DNA of 64,000 nt from a bacterium (GCA_036396895.1 DASWKB010000043.1:1366-65365); one strand, 5' to 3'; shown: positions 43,454 to 53,039, counted from the first letter of the stretch. Numbers and translations: made by a program. The notes: generated by a model not told the origin, from the letters alone.

Positions 43454-44782
43454 TCAGTTCAGGTTCAGCAGGCCGTACCCATGCTCGGCATGCAGGCTCA
43501 TGTCCATTCCGCTCATTTCGGCGCGGGAGTCGAGCCGGAAGCCGACCGTACGCTGGGTGAGAACGGCCAGCAGGAACGTGACGACCGCGCAATAGGCGAT
43601 CGTGATGCCCACCGCCGCCGCCTGGACCCCCAATTGCTGCCAGACGCTCCAGGCGCCTCCGGCGGCCGCGGCCGCGTCCTGCATCCAGCTCGCGCGGATG
43701 AAGAACGTGAGCAGGAGCGCGCCGAGAATCCCCGCGACGCCGTGTATGCCGAAGACGTCCAGGCTGTCATCATACCCCAGGCGCGTTTTCATCTGCACGG
43801 CGAAGAAGCACGCCAGCGACGCCGCGGCGCCCAGCACGATGGCGCCGAACGGCTGCACGACGCCCGCCGCCGGGGTGATCGCCACCAGACCCGCGAGGAT
43901 CCCGCTGGCGATCCCGAGGCTCGTCGCCTTGCCGTGCCTGAACGCCTCGATGAGCATCCAGGTGAGCGCGCCGGAGGCCGCGGCGATCTGCGTGACGGTG
44001 AGCGCCTGCGCGGTCTGCAGGCCGCTGGAAATGGAGCTGCCGGCGTTGAACCCGAACCATCCGACCCATAAGAGCCCCGCTCCCGTCAGCGTCATCACCA
44101 GATTGTTCGGGTGCATGCCGACCTTCGGATACCCACGGCGCGCCCCCAGATAGAAGGCCAGCACGAGCGCGCTGACGCCGGCGGAGATGTGCACGACCGT
44201 GCCGCCGGCGAAGTCGATGGCGCCGTTGGCGCCCAGGTTGAACAGGAAGCCGTCCGAGGCCCAGACCCAGTGGCACAGCGGCGAGTAGACGAACAGGCTC
44301 CACAGCGCGATGAACACGCAGTACCCGCGGAACCGAACCCGTTCGGCGATCGCGCCGGCGATCAGGGCGGGCGTGATGATGGCGAACTTGCCCTGGAACA
44401 TCGCGAAGACATACTCGGGGATCTTCCCGTCCATGATGGACTCGTCCAGCCCCCTCAGGAACAGGAAGTCCGGGTTCCAGCCGATCCAGCCGCCGAGCAC
44501 GTTCGGGCCGAAGCTCAAGGCGTAGCCGCACACGGCCCACAGGACGCCGATCACGGCCATGGCGCCGAAGCTGTGCATCATCGTGCCCAGCACGTTCTTG
44601 GTCCGGACCAGCCCCCCGTAGAACATCGCCAGCCCGGGCACCATGAGCAGCACCAGCGCCGTGGACGTCAGCATCCAGGCGGTGATCCCGCTATCGACCG
44701 CCGCGCCTTCCGCGGCCCAGGCCGCCTGCGGCATCACCCCCGCGGCCAAGGCGGCCACTCCGATCCCCACGTTGCGTCGCAT
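43454..44782 (-). CDS. amtB: ammonium transporter
   Basis: Signal peptide, WMLTSTALVLLMVPGLAMFYGG, DFAGGTVVHISAG, and FGIHGVAGILGALL. The track ORF is trimmed to the ATG at 44782. Confidence 0.9.
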   Translation of the reverse strand: MRRNVGIGVAALAAGVMPQAAWAAEGAAVDSGITAWMLTSTALVLLMVPGLAMFYGGLVRTKNVLGTMMHSFGAMAVIGVLWAVCGYALSFGPNVLGGWIGWNPDFLFLRGLDESIMDGKIPEYVFAMFQGKFAIITPALIAGAIAERVRFRGYCVFIALWSLFVYSPLCHWVWASDGFLFNLGANGAIDFAGGTVVHISAGVSALVLAFYLGARRGYPKVGMHPNNLVMTLTGAGLLWVGWFGFNAGSSISSGLQTAQALTVTQIAAASGALTWMLIEAFRHGKATSLGIASGILAGLVAITPAAGVVQPFGAIVLGAAASLACFFAVQMKTRLGYDDSLDVFGIHGVAGILGALLLTFFIRASWMQDAAAAAGGAWSVWQQLGVQAAAVGITIAYCAVVTFLLAVLTQRTVGFRLDSRAEMSGMDMSLHAEHGYGLLNLN

Positions 44783-44898
44783 GGACCCTCCAGCGTTCAG
44801 GCCCCGTCCGGGGAGCCTTCCGTCCGCGGTCAGCACTGCCGCGGGAGTGTAGCGGGTCATTGTTACGGCCATGTTACAAGATGTAAGAAACAGCCGCG

Positions 44899-44988
44899 CG
44901 CGCCGGCCAGCGACATCGGGAGTGCCGGCGACGTCTCGCCAGCGGTTGCCGGCGGACGCGCCGGCTAGCGGCATCGGGAGTCCCGGCG
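44899..44988. repeat. two copies of a 32-nt hairpin-forming repeat, 58 nt apart, in the amtB upstream region
   Basis: cgcgccggccagcgacatcgggagtgccggcg (44899-44930) versus cgcgccggctagcggcatcgggagtcccggcg (44957-44988), with 3 mismatches. Confidence 0.65.
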
Positions 44989-45107
44989 CGCCAAGATGAC
45001 GGTCTTGTCACCGAAGATTTAACCTTCCGTAAGGTGCGCCGCGTACACTGGGGCGGTAATCGACTTGGGAGCATTCCGTCCGCGCCGAGCGGCGCGGGAA
45101 CGGCGGA

Positions 45108-45713
45108 ATGAACACCAGGAGGTGGCGGATGGCACCCATGCAGCTCACCCGGCGCGTTCTTGGGGGGCTCCTGCTGGCCGCGATGTCGATGGGAGTCGCT
45201 GCGGCGCAGACAGTTCGGACGGAACAGGCAAACGATGACGCATACGCTCCGGCCGCCAGGGGCGCGACCCCTGAATGGACGGCCGGCCGGGTGTCGGCGG
45301 GAGGCGGCGTCGGCATCCTGGGCTCGACGCCGGATGACGCGGCGCTCGCGTTGACCGGGAACGCCGAGTATTTTCTCAGCCCCGAGGTCTCGGTCGGCCC
45401 GCTGATGCAGCTTGGACTGACCGGGGACATGACGCTGGTGGGCCTCAGCGGACAGGGCAAGTACTACATCCTCCTGCCGGATACCGGAGACCGGGGGCGG
45501 ATCTCACTGCAGGGCGGCCTCGGGTTCGTCCACGCCGACTATTTGCGGGACGACACCTCCTGGCTGGTGCCGCTGGGCATGGGGTATGACTACACGCTGG
45601 ACTCGGGCGCGGTCTTGAGCGCGAACGCGTTAGTGAACTTCACCGACCTGCACACCGGCTTCGGCAGCGGGGCCGACGTCATGCCGGGCTTCAACGTCGG
45701 GGTGCGGTTCTAG
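45108..45713 (+). CDS. outer-membrane beta-barrel protein (OmpW/OmpA-barrel-like)
   Basis: Signal peptide ending in AAAQ, alternating beta-strand pattern, and a C-terminal FNVGVRF ending in Phe. Confidence 0.7.
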   Translation: MNTRRWRMAPMQLTRRVLGGLLLAAMSMGVAAAQTVRTEQANDDAYAPAARGATPEWTAGRVSAGGGVGILGSTPDDAALALTGNAEYFLSPEVSVGPLMQLGLTGDMTLVGLSGQGKYYILLPDTGDRGRISLQGGLGFVHADYLRDDTSWLVPLGMGYDYTLDSGAVLSANALVNFTDLHTGFGSGADVMPGFNVGVRF

Positions 45714-45750
45714 AGTTGGTTTCAAACCCTCACCCCGTGATGCATGCGGT

Positions 45751-45789
45751 CTCCCGCAGCTTCGCTGCGGGAGGCCGCTCGTGGTGAGC
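45751..45789. terminator. perfect 10-bp hairpin plus shared 17-mer between convergent genes
   Basis: The hairpin ctcccgcagc-ttc-gctgcgggag is followed by ggccgctcgtggtgagc, which is identical to 38653-38669. Confidence 0.55.
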
Positions 45790-45802
45790 GTGGCGGCGAA
45801 TC

Positions 45803-46435
45803 TTATGAGTGCAGTTCGTCCGGGTTCGTGAGCCGGTAGACGAGCGCAGCCAGCGCCCCGCCGGCGAAGTTCGCCAGCAGGAAAATCCAGAGCTGTTGCA
45901 CCGTGCTCAATCCCAGGAGCGTGATCCCAACCGCCACCGCCGGATTGAACGCGCCCCCGGAAATCGCCCCCCCGGCAGAGACCCCGACCAGAAGCGTAAA
46001 CCCGATGGCCAGTCCGAAATAGGAGTTCCCGGCCGATTTCTTCGACGTGGCCACCGAGAGCACGACGAACGCGAGGGCGAAGGTGAATACCAGCTCCACC
46101 AGCAGGGCCGGCAGCACGGCCACGGAGGCCGCGCGCGCGAGACCGTCCGGCTTGCACAACCCGACCATGAGCGCCGCCAGCACGGCCGCCAGCACCTGCG
46201 CGCCCATGTACGGCGCCACGTCCTTCGTCGGGTGCTTCCCCCGCATCCAGACGGCCAGCGTGACCGCGGGGTTATAGTGCCCGCCGGAAATCGGGCCCCC
46301 GGCATACACCATCACCATGAGGACGCCGCCGATCGCGAGAGGGGCCATGGCCCCCGCGCCGGGCGCGATCACGGTGAGTCCAACCACCAAGACCAGAAAA
46401 AACGTGCCGATGAGCTCCATCAGCACCTGTTTCAT
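45803..46435 (-). CDS. MIP-family channel (aquaporin/aquaglyceroporin)
   Basis: Two NPA boxes (SGGHYNPAVT, SGGAFNPAVA). RBS: gggaggagg. Confidence 0.9.
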   Translation of the reverse strand: MKQVLMELIGTFFLVLVVGLTVIAPGAGAMAPLAIGGVLMVMVYAGGPISGGHYNPAVTLAVWMRGKHPTKDVAPYMGAQVLAAVLAALMVGLCKPDGLARAASVAVLPALLVELVFTFALAFVVLSVATSKKSAGNSYFGLAIGFTLLVGVSAGGAISGGAFNPAVAVGITLLGLSTVQQLWIFLLANFAGGALAALVYRLTNPDELHS

Positions 46436-46524
46436 CCGCCCCTCCTCCCGATATGGACGCGGCGGCCGGCTCCCGCCGGCCGCCGCATGTCCGTCGCGAT
46501 CCCGCATGACGCGCGCATGATGGC

Positions 46525-46533
46525 ATTGTACCA
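46525..46533 (-). promoter_or_regulatory. extended -10 element TGgTACAAT
   Basis: The reverse strand reads ggTGgTACAATgcc, about 90 nt upstream of the aquaporin ATG. Confidence 0.35.
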
Positions 46534-46555
46534 CCCGTGCTTCCGGGGAGCCGGG

Positions 46556-47902
46556 CTATCCCGCGGCCTCGACGGCGTGCTGGCGCGCCAGCCCCCACAA
46601 GACGACCGCGCAGCCGGCGGCGATGAAGCACAACACGCCCGCAAAGACGAACGCCATCACGTATTGCTTCGTGACGTCAAACAACACCCCGCCCACAACC
46701 GGACCCAGAATCCCCGCCACGCCGTAGGCCGTGAAGATCCAGCCGTAGTTCACGCCCAGATGCTTCGTGCCGAAATAGTCGGCGGTCGCAGACGGAAAGA
46801 GGGCGAAGTTGCCGCCGAAGTTGAGGCCGACCCAGGCGGAAGCGAGGAACACCGCCGCGGGCGAGGTGACGCTCACGAGCAGCATGAACGCCATTCCTTG
46901 CATGAGGAACATGAGCATCATCGCCCTCGGCCGGGCGATGGCATCGCTCACCTTGCCCCACGCGATGCGCCCCAGCGCATTGAAGATCGCCAGGATCCCC
47001 ACCGGCTCCACGAACCGGCCGAACGCGCCCATCCACGCCGGCGCGAACGTCTGCCCCTTCAGCACCGCCCCCATCATCGGCGTCCACTGGCCGATCGCCA
47101 TCAGCCCGGAGGTCGCGCCGAAGATGAACGTCAGCCAGAGCATGCATCCCAGCGGCGAGTTGAGCATCTGCCGCCATTCGACCTCACGGGCCGGAGCCCC
47201 GGCGCCGCCGGCAGGCTCCCACCCCGGCGGGCGCCAACCGGCCGGCGGATTGCGGAGCAGCGTTGCGCCGAGCACGACGCCCGCCATGCAGACCAGCCCG
47301 TGGAGCACGAAGAACATGCGCCAGCCGAGGCCGAACCCCTCGCCTTCCGCGATCCCGAGGCCGATGAGGAGGACCTGGGAGAGCCCCATCGCCTCGCGGC
47401 CTTCCGCCGGGGGCAGCAGGAGAATCGACGCCGGGCCGGCGAAGAACAACGCGCCCGCGCCGAACCCGGCCACGGCCAGTCCGGTGATGAAGCCCCGCTT
47501 CTCGGGAAACCATTTCACGGCCGCGGCGATCGGGCAGACGTACGCGAATCCGATGCCGGCCCCGCCGATGATCCCGTACGTGAGGTAGAGCGCCCAGGGA
47601 CGGTCCGCCGCGACCAGCAGCGCGCCCAGCAGAAACGACAGCCCGAGCAGCACCCCCCCGACCGTCGCGACCTTCCGGGGACCGATCCGATCCTGCAGCC
47701 GTCCCGCGGGAATCATGACCAGGGCGAACGCCGCCAGCGCGAAGGAAAACGCCCATTGCGTGGTCGCGCGGCTCCAGCCGAACTCCGCCTCCAGCGGCTT
47801 CACGAACACGCTGAAGGCGTACACGGTCCCCAGGATGATCTGGACCAGAATGGCCCCCGCGATGACGCTCCAGCGCCGCGCGGGAGCGGCGGGCTCGCTC
47901 AT
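46556..47902 (-). CDS. MFS transporter (oxalate/formate antiporter-like family)
   Basis: 12 TM segments, and WSVIAGAILVQIILGTVYAFSVF...GRLQDRIGPRKV. The track ORF is trimmed to the ATG at 47902. Confidence 0.8.
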   Translation of the reverse strand: MSEPAAPARRWSVIAGAILVQIILGTVYAFSVFVKPLEAEFGWSRATTQWAFSFALAAFALVMIPAGRLQDRIGPRKVATVGGVLLGLSFLLGALLVAADRPWALYLTYGIIGGAGIGFAYVCPIAAAVKWFPEKRGFITGLAVAGFGAGALFFAGPASILLLPPAEGREAMGLSQVLLIGLGIAEGEGFGLGWRMFFVLHGLVCMAGVVLGATLLRNPPAGWRPPGWEPAGGAGAPAREVEWRQMLNSPLGCMLWLTFIFGATSGLMAIGQWTPMMGAVLKGQTFAPAWMGAFGRFVEPVGILAIFNALGRIAWGKVSDAIARPRAMMLMFLMQGMAFMLLVSVTSPAAVFLASAWVGLNFGGNFALFPSATADYFGTKHLGVNYGWIFTAYGVAGILGPVVGGVLFDVTKQYVMAFVFAGVLCFIAAGCAVVLWGLARQHAVEAAG

Positions 47903-47982
47903 GTGCAGCTCCCTGGTTGGCCTTGCATGCAGGAGCCGGCACCCTATCAGCCGCATCCCTTCGCGGCTATGACACCCATCAT

Positions 47983-48026
47983 AAAAAAACCCGGGACAGT
48001 CCCGGGTTTTTTTGGGACTGTCCCGG
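47983..48026. repeat. REP doublet (perfect A7/T7-flanked copy plus truncated inverted copy)
   Basis: aaaaaaaCCCGGGACAGTCCCGGGttttttt followed by GGGACTGTCCCGG. Confidence 0.85.
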
Positions 48027-48057
48027 CCGCACCGGCGGACGCCGGCACGCAAACCGG

Positions 48058-48354
48058 TTATTGTCCGAGGTTGCCGAGCCCCTTCTTCATGTCTTTCCCG
48101 GCCTGCTCCATCTGCTTCCCGGCCTTCTTGGCCTGCTTCTCGGCCGCCTTCGCGACCCGTGCGGCCGTGCGCTCCGCCTTGCGCTGCGCAAGCGCGGCGT
48201 CCTTCTCCGTCCCGGACTTGCCGATGGTGGCCATCCAGTCGCCGACCTTGTCGACCACCGTGTCCTGCGCGACCTGGCTCGCCGCCATGACCGCCGGAGC
48301 CCCGATCAGCATCATGGCGCATGCCAGCGCCACCGCAACCCTCATTCGCCTCAT
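48058..48354 (-). CDS. small secreted Lys/Ala-rich helical protein
   Basis: RBS gggagggcagg. It has the signal peptide MRRMRVAVALACAMMLIGAPAVMA. Confidence 0.5.
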   Translation of the reverse strand: MRRMRVAVALACAMMLIGAPAVMAASQVAQDTVVDKVGDWMATIGKSGTEKDAALAQRKAERTAARVAKAAEKQAKKAGKQMEQAGKDMKKGLGNLGQ

Positions 48355-48492
48355 CCTGCCCTCCCGGTTACATCGCGTTCCCGCAACATCCTGCCTCCCC
48401 ACACCCCCTCAAGCCATTCCCGTGGACGCCCCTGGATGAAAGACGCAGTCTAGCAAAATCCCTGGCACGGGAAATGACGAGCATCAGGGCGC

Positions 48493-49281
48493 TCACGACT
48501 CCCCCGCCTTGACGGCTAAGGTCCGCGCGATCCAGGGTTCGCTGATGGCGAGAAAGCCGCCCGGATCGTCCCGGAAGAGCGCTTCGGCGTGGTCGCCCCC
48601 TTCGATGACGGACAAGCCCTTCGGCTCCGGCGCCGCGGCGTACAGCCGCCGGGTGTGCTCCAGGCCGACAATGGCGTCGCGCGTGCCGTGCACGAAGAGC
48701 GCGGGACACTTCAGGCGCTTGACTTCATCGATCGGTCGCGCTTTGCGCATCCACGGGTTCCCCGGCCGGCATCCCGCCCCCGGTTCCGAACCCCGCAGAC
48801 CCGTCCGCCAGGCGCGGGGCGTCCACCACTGGAACTCGATATCGTCGAACGACGCCGGCGCGCTGACCGCGATGAGGCTCCGGACACGGCCGGCGAGACG
48901 CGCGGCAGTCACAATCGCCGTGGCCGCGCCGAGAGAGAATCCCAGCAGCCCCAGCCGGGCATACCGCTCCTCTGCCCATGCCAGCACCGCCTCGAGGTCC
49001 CGTCCCTCCCTGGCCGAGAAGGTGCAGAGCCCGCCGGAGCGCCCGTGGCCGCGGAAATCCATCGCGACGATGTCCACGGTCCGGCTGAGCGCGAGGCACA
49101 GATCCCGGAACGTCCGCGTATCCTTGCTCTGGAAGAACCCGGGACAGACCAGACACGCCGCCTCGCGCCCCGCGCCCGCATAGTGGTCCACCGACACGCG
49201 CACGCCGTCCTCGGCGCGCACAGCCACGTCCCGCGTCACCGCGGGGCCTGTATCGCGGCGCGATGTCGTCGACTCCATCAT
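48493..49281 (-). CDS. alpha/beta hydrolase
   Basis: DFRGHGRSGG, nucleophile elbow GFSLGA, HGTRD, and a C-terminal GGDHAE. Confidence 0.8.
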   Translation of the reverse strand: MMESTTSRRDTGPAVTRDVAVRAEDGVRVSVDHYAGAGREAACLVCPGFFQSKDTRTFRDLCLALSRTVDIVAMDFRGHGRSGGLCTFSAREGRDLEAVLAWAEERYARLGLLGFSLGAATAIVTAARLAGRVRSLIAVSAPASFDDIEFQWWTPRAWRTGLRGSEPGAGCRPGNPWMRKARPIDEVKRLKCPALFVHGTRDAIVGLEHTRRLYAAAPEPKGLSVIEGGDHAEALFRDDPGGFLAISEPWIARTLAVKAGES

Positions 49282-49314
49282 GGCTCCGTGCGGCGGACGG
49301 TGCGCGAGGCCCCG

Positions 49315-50820
49315 TCAGAGATTGACCATCTCGCGGATGTTACCGCGCACGGGCGTTTTGGACCGATGGAACTCCCGGTCCTGCCGCGCCAGCGCCACCG
49401 GCAGGCCGCGCTTCGGGTAGAGCGTGATCCTGACCTGGCGGTCGATGCGGCTGTGCGGCACGACGGTCAGACGAAAGCGCTGCCAGACCATCGAGAGCGC
49501 GATCTTCATGGTCATCGTCGCCAGCGCCCCGCCGAGACACGCGTGCGCGCCCGAGCCGAACGGCAAATACCGGGACGGCGCCGGGGGCGTCGTGTGCCAC
49601 CGCTCGGGCCGGAAGGACTCCGGGTCCGGATACAGCTCCGGCATGTGGTGCGTGATGTAATGGCTGAAGGCCACCGGGGCCCCCTTCGGGATCTCATAGC
49701 CGCCCAGCGCGGTGGGGGCGGCGGTCACCCGGACGCTGTAGACCGCGGGCCCGAGCAGCCGCAGACTTTCTTGAATGACCAGGTCGAGATACCGCAGCCG
49801 CTTGAGCGTCTCCGTCGTCGGGGGCGCGCCTCCCAGGACCTCCCGCCCCTCCTCCCAGAGCCGGGCCATCACCTCGGGGTGCTGCGAGATCAGGAAGCTG
49901 CTCCACGTCAGGGCGTTCGCGGTCGTCTCGTAGCTCGCGCCGTAGATGAAGACCGCCTGCCCGCACAGCAGGTCCTGTCCCATCAGCGCGGGGTCCTCAT
50001 CGTGCAGGCGGATGAGCAGCGCCAGCACGTCCGGTGTCTCGGCCGTGATCGACGGCCGCCGGCGATCGATCAGCTCCAGCATCGTGCGCTCCAGCCGTTC
50101 CGCGCTGCGCAGCATCCGCGCGTGCGGCGCGCCGGGAAGCCGGCTCGGCACCGCCCGCGCGAACGGCGAGAAGTTCTTCGTCCGCCAGTCCTCGATCGCG
50201 TCATTCACGCGGTCCGCGTCCGCCGCGCGGTCGAGCCCCAGCACCAGCTCGGCCGAGAGCCTCTTCGTCAGCTCTCCCATGGCGCGCGCCAGATCAAGCG
50301 TGCGGCCGGGCGCCCAGGAGCCCAGCAGCTCTTCCGTCCGGCGCACGACCGTCGCGTGATGCCCGCCAAGGCGGCTCGGCTGGAAGAACGGGCTCACGAG
50401 CTTGCGGTGGAGCCGGTGCTCATCTCCGTTCATGTTCAGCAGCCCGTAGCTGACCCGGCGATTGGCCGTACCCCTGGGACCCAGATGGGTAATGCCGGCG
50501 TTCAGGAAGAGTTCCGGCTGCCCCATGATCCGCTGGTTGTGGTCCGGTCCGAACGCGAAGATCATGCCGCGCGGATCGCCCGCGGACATGGACGCGACCG
50601 GGCCGTACGTCGCGGAGAGGCGGCGGAGATAGGCGATGGGGTCCCGCATGAACGAGAAAAAGTTCCCGAAGGTGCCCGCGACGGGCATGGGGCGGGGACC
50701 TGGGATGCTGGTGAACGGCCGGCGCGGCTCCGCGTCGGCGGACGCTCCGGCCTGGAACGGAGCGCGCTCGGCGCCGCCGGTCACCGCGCGGGCCCGCTCA
50801 TTGCGCGGTGAACCCGCCAT
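49315..50820 (-). CDS. cytochrome P450
   Basis: Heme-binding loop FGSGAHACLG, the ExxR region (ESLRLL) and the N-terminal PGPRPMPVAG. Confidence 0.85.
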   Translation of the reverse strand: MAGSPRNERARAVTGGAERAPFQAGASADAEPRRPFTSIPGPRPMPVAGTFGNFFSFMRDPIAYLRRLSATYGPVASMSAGDPRGMIFAFGPDHNQRIMGQPELFLNAGITHLGPRGTANRRVSYGLLNMNGDEHRLHRKLVSPFFQPSRLGGHHATVVRRTEELLGSWAPGRTLDLARAMGELTKRLSAELVLGLDRAADADRVNDAIEDWRTKNFSPFARAVPSRLPGAPHARMLRSAERLERTMLELIDRRRPSITAETPDVLALLIRLHDEDPALMGQDLLCGQAVFIYGASYETTANALTWSSFLISQHPEVMARLWEEGREVLGGAPPTTETLKRLRYLDLVIQESLRLLGPAVYSVRVTAAPTALGGYEIPKGAPVAFSHYITHHMPELYPDPESFRPERWHTTPPAPSRYLPFGSGAHACLGGALATMTMKIALSMVWQRFRLTVVPHSRIDRQVRITLYPKRGLPVALARQDREFHRSKTPVRGNIREMVNL

Positions 50821-51547
50821 CCACCGCCAGCGCCTGTCCGGTCACGAACGACGCCTCGGGCGAGCACAGCCACCGGACGGCTTCGACGACTTCGCCGGGC
50901 CGGCCGAACCGCCCCACGGGATGCAGCGCCGCCAGGGCCGCTTCGGCCTTGGCGTCGCCTCCGGTCTTGCGCGCGACCATCGGGGATTCGATCAGCGCGG
51001 GGCAGACCGCGTTCACCCGGATGCCGCGCTTGGCGTATTCCAGCGCCGCCGTCTTCGTCAGCCCCAGGACGCCGTGCTTCGACGCGCTGTAAGCCGGGAG
51101 TCCCCGGACGCCGATCAGCCCCGCGACCGAGGACACATTGACGATCGAGCCGGAGCCCTGGGCGAGCATCTGGCGCAGCTCGTATTTCATGCACAGCCAG
51201 ACGCCGGTCAGGTTGACCGCCAGGACCCGCGTCCAGTTCTCGGCCGCGCAGTCGGCCGTGGGCGCGTCCTCGCCCTCGATGCCGGCGTTGTTGACCGCGC
51301 AGTCCACTCGGCCGAACGCCCGGACGGCCTCCCCGATCATGCGCCGAACGGCGCGCTCCTCGGTCACGTCGGCCTCCACGAACAGCGCCTCGGCGCCCTG
51401 ATCCGCGGCGCGCGCCGCCACTCGAGCGCCTGGCTCGCTGGCGACGTCAGCCAGGACGAGGGCGGACCCCCGCCGGGCGAATCCGAGCGCGATCGCCTCC
51501 CCGATTCCGGACGCGCATCCGGTAATCAGCGTGACCGTGCGAGTCAT
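50798..51547 (-). CDS. short-chain dehydrogenase/reductase (SDR)
   Basis: TGCASGIG, NNAG, and YSASKHGVLGLT. Confidence 0.9.
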   Translation of the reverse strand: MTRTVTLITGCASGIGEAIALGFARRGSALVLADVASEPGARVAARAADQGAEALFVEADVTEERAVRRMIGEAVRAFGRVDCAVNNAGIEGEDAPTADCAAENWTRVLAVNLTGVWLCMKYELRQMLAQGSGSIVNVSSVAGLIGVRGLPAYSASKHGVLGLTKTAALEYAKRGIRVNAVCPALIESPMVARKTGGDAKAEAALAALHPVGRFGRPGEVVEAVRWLCSPEASFVTGQALAVDGGFTAQ

Positions 51548-51616
51548 GCGGGTCCGATCGTTCCTCCGGGCTGAGAACGCGGCAAGCGGATGAGGAGCGC
51601 CGTCGTCTTCGGCCGC

Positions 51617-51625
51617 ATTGTAGCA
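51617..51625 (-). promoter_or_regulatory. extended -10 element TGcTACAAT upstream of the SDR-P450-hydrolase genes
   Basis: The reverse strand reads cctaTGcTACAATgcgg, about 70 nt upstream of the ATG at 51547. Confidence 0.4.
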
Positions 51626-51714
51626 TAGGCGGGGATGGCCGCCCTCCCGCAAACAGTCAGGGACAGCCCGCGAAGGCTGTCCCGAACGCCCGTGCCGACG
51701 CGAGTGTCACGTCC

Positions 51715-51822
51715 TCAGCAGCAGAAGCAGCCCCGCATCGGCTTGCGCGTGCGGGACGGGGCGTTCTTCTTGGCGGACTTCTTGGCGGACTTCTTCGCCG
51801 CTTGCTTGCGCTTCGTCGCCAT
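51715..51822 (-). CDS. unannotated 35-aa Lys-rich peptide ending in GCFCC
   Basis: It is below the ORF-track size cutoff. The reverse strand reads ggaggagcgcATG gcg acg aag ..., encoding MATKRKQAAKKSAKKSAKKNAPSRTRKPMRGCFCC*. It has a strong SD. Nearly every codon ends in G or C. The hairpin gggacagcc/ggctgtccc lies about 33 nt downstream. Confidence 0.45.
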   Translation of the reverse strand: MATKRKQAAKKSAKKSAKKNAPSRTRKPMRGCFCC

Positions 51823-51890
51823 GCGCTCCTCCGATGTGGCGTCACGCGCCGCCGCGGCGCACACGCGTACGATAGCACACGATCGGCACG

Positions 51891-52985
51891 CTACTCAATC
51901 AGCTTCAGGTACTCGCCGTAGCCTTCGCGCTCGAGGTCCTCTTTGGGAATGAACCGCAGCGCGGCGGAATTGATGCAGTAGCGCATGCCGGTGGGCGCCG
52001 GGCCGTCATCGAAGAGGTGCCCCAGATGGGAATCCGCGCGGCGGCTGCGCACTTCGACGCGCGTCATGCCGTAGCTCGCATCCGTGCGCTCCACGATCCC
52101 GCCCGAATCGACGGGCCGCGTGAAGCTGGGCCAGCCCGTTCCGGACTCGAACTTGTCCATCGAGCTGAAGAGCGGCTCGCCGGACACCACATCGACGTAC
52201 AGGCCGGGCCGCTTCTCCTTCCAATAGTCGTTCGCGAACGGAGGCTCCGTGCCGTTCTCCTGGGTGACTTCGTACTGCCGCGGCGTCAGCCGCGAGCGGA
52301 GCTCCTCCCGGGACGGGCGTGCCTCGCGCGGTGCGTCAGACATCGGTGCCTCCTTCCGTGCGGCGTCCCAGACGCGGTTCTTGAATCGCGCGCGCGGCGA
52401 CGCGACGCGCGCGAGCGCGCACCAGACGGGGTGCGTCCGGTAATAATTCTGGTGGTCCTGCGCCGCGGGCTCGAACGTGTCGAGCGCCGCGAGCTCGGTG
52501 ACGATCGGCGCCCCGAAGACGCCCGAGCCCGCCAGGCGCACCCGGGAGGCCTCGGCCGCCTCGCGCTGCGCCTCGTCGTGATAGAACACCGCCGTGCGGT
52601 AGCTCGGGCCGCGGTCGGCGAACTGGCCGCCGGGGTCCGTGGGATCGATCTGCCGCCAGAAGATCTCCAGCAGCCGCTCGTAGGTGACGCGCGACGGATC
52701 GTACCGGACGCGGACGGCCTCGAGCGGACCCAGCCGGTCACGGCCGACGTCGGCGCGCAATCCCGTCGCGTAGCCGGACACGGCTTCGGCCACCCCGGGC
52801 TCCCGCTCGAACGGCTCCTCCATTGACCAGAAGCACCCGCCCGCGAACGTGGCGATCGCGTCCTGCCCGTCCGCGCCTTCCGCCTCCGCGGCGGCCAGTC
52901 CGACCCCGGCGAGGCCTGCGAGCAGGCCGATCATGATTCGCTGTGCGCGCGTCGTCATCATGTTGCGCTCGGCCATCACACCCAT
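51891..52985 (-). CDS. msrAB: exported bifunctional methionine sulfoxide reductase MsrA-MsrB
   Basis: Signal peptide, the MsrA motif GGCFWSME, and the MsrB motifs GWPSF and RYCINSAAL. Confidence 0.9.
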   Translation of the reverse strand: MGVMAERNMMTTRAQRIMIGLLAGLAGVGLAAAEAEGADGQDAIATFAGGCFWSMEEPFEREPGVAEAVSGYATGLRADVGRDRLGPLEAVRVRYDPSRVTYERLLEIFWRQIDPTDPGGQFADRGPSYRTAVFYHDEAQREAAEASRVRLAGSGVFGAPIVTELAALDTFEPAAQDHQNYYRTHPVWCALARVASPRARFKNRVWDAARKEAPMSDAPREARPSREELRSRLTPRQYEVTQENGTEPPFANDYWKEKRPGLYVDVVSGEPLFSSMDKFESGTGWPSFTRPVDSGGIVERTDASYGMTRVEVRSRRADSHLGHLFDDGPAPTGMRYCINSAALRFIPKEDLEREGYGEYLKLIE

Positions 52986-53039
52986 GAGTCGCTACCGCCG
53001 TCCAAAGCTTACATCATTCGAAACCCACATGCCCGCCTA

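Noticed and set aside
47925-47945. Sigma54-like GG-N10-GC element upstream of the MFS transporter (gGGtgccggctccTGCAt on the minus strand)
   Set aside because: Only the GG/GC dinucleotides fit, and only with one particular choice of register. The -24 hexamer (GGTGCC) and the -12 element deviate from TGGCAC-N5-TTGCA, and no enhancer-binding-protein gene is nearby.
45809-48439. 876-aa ORF on the plus strand
   Set aside because: It is antisense across the aquaporin, the MFS transporter and the small secreted protein genes, and it reads straight through a REP doublet. Its composition is dominated by R, P, G, H and E with no motif.
48589-50811. 740-aa ORF on the plus strand
   Set aside because: It is antisense to the alpha/beta hydrolase and the P450, whose heme loop FGSGAHACLG lies on the other strand.
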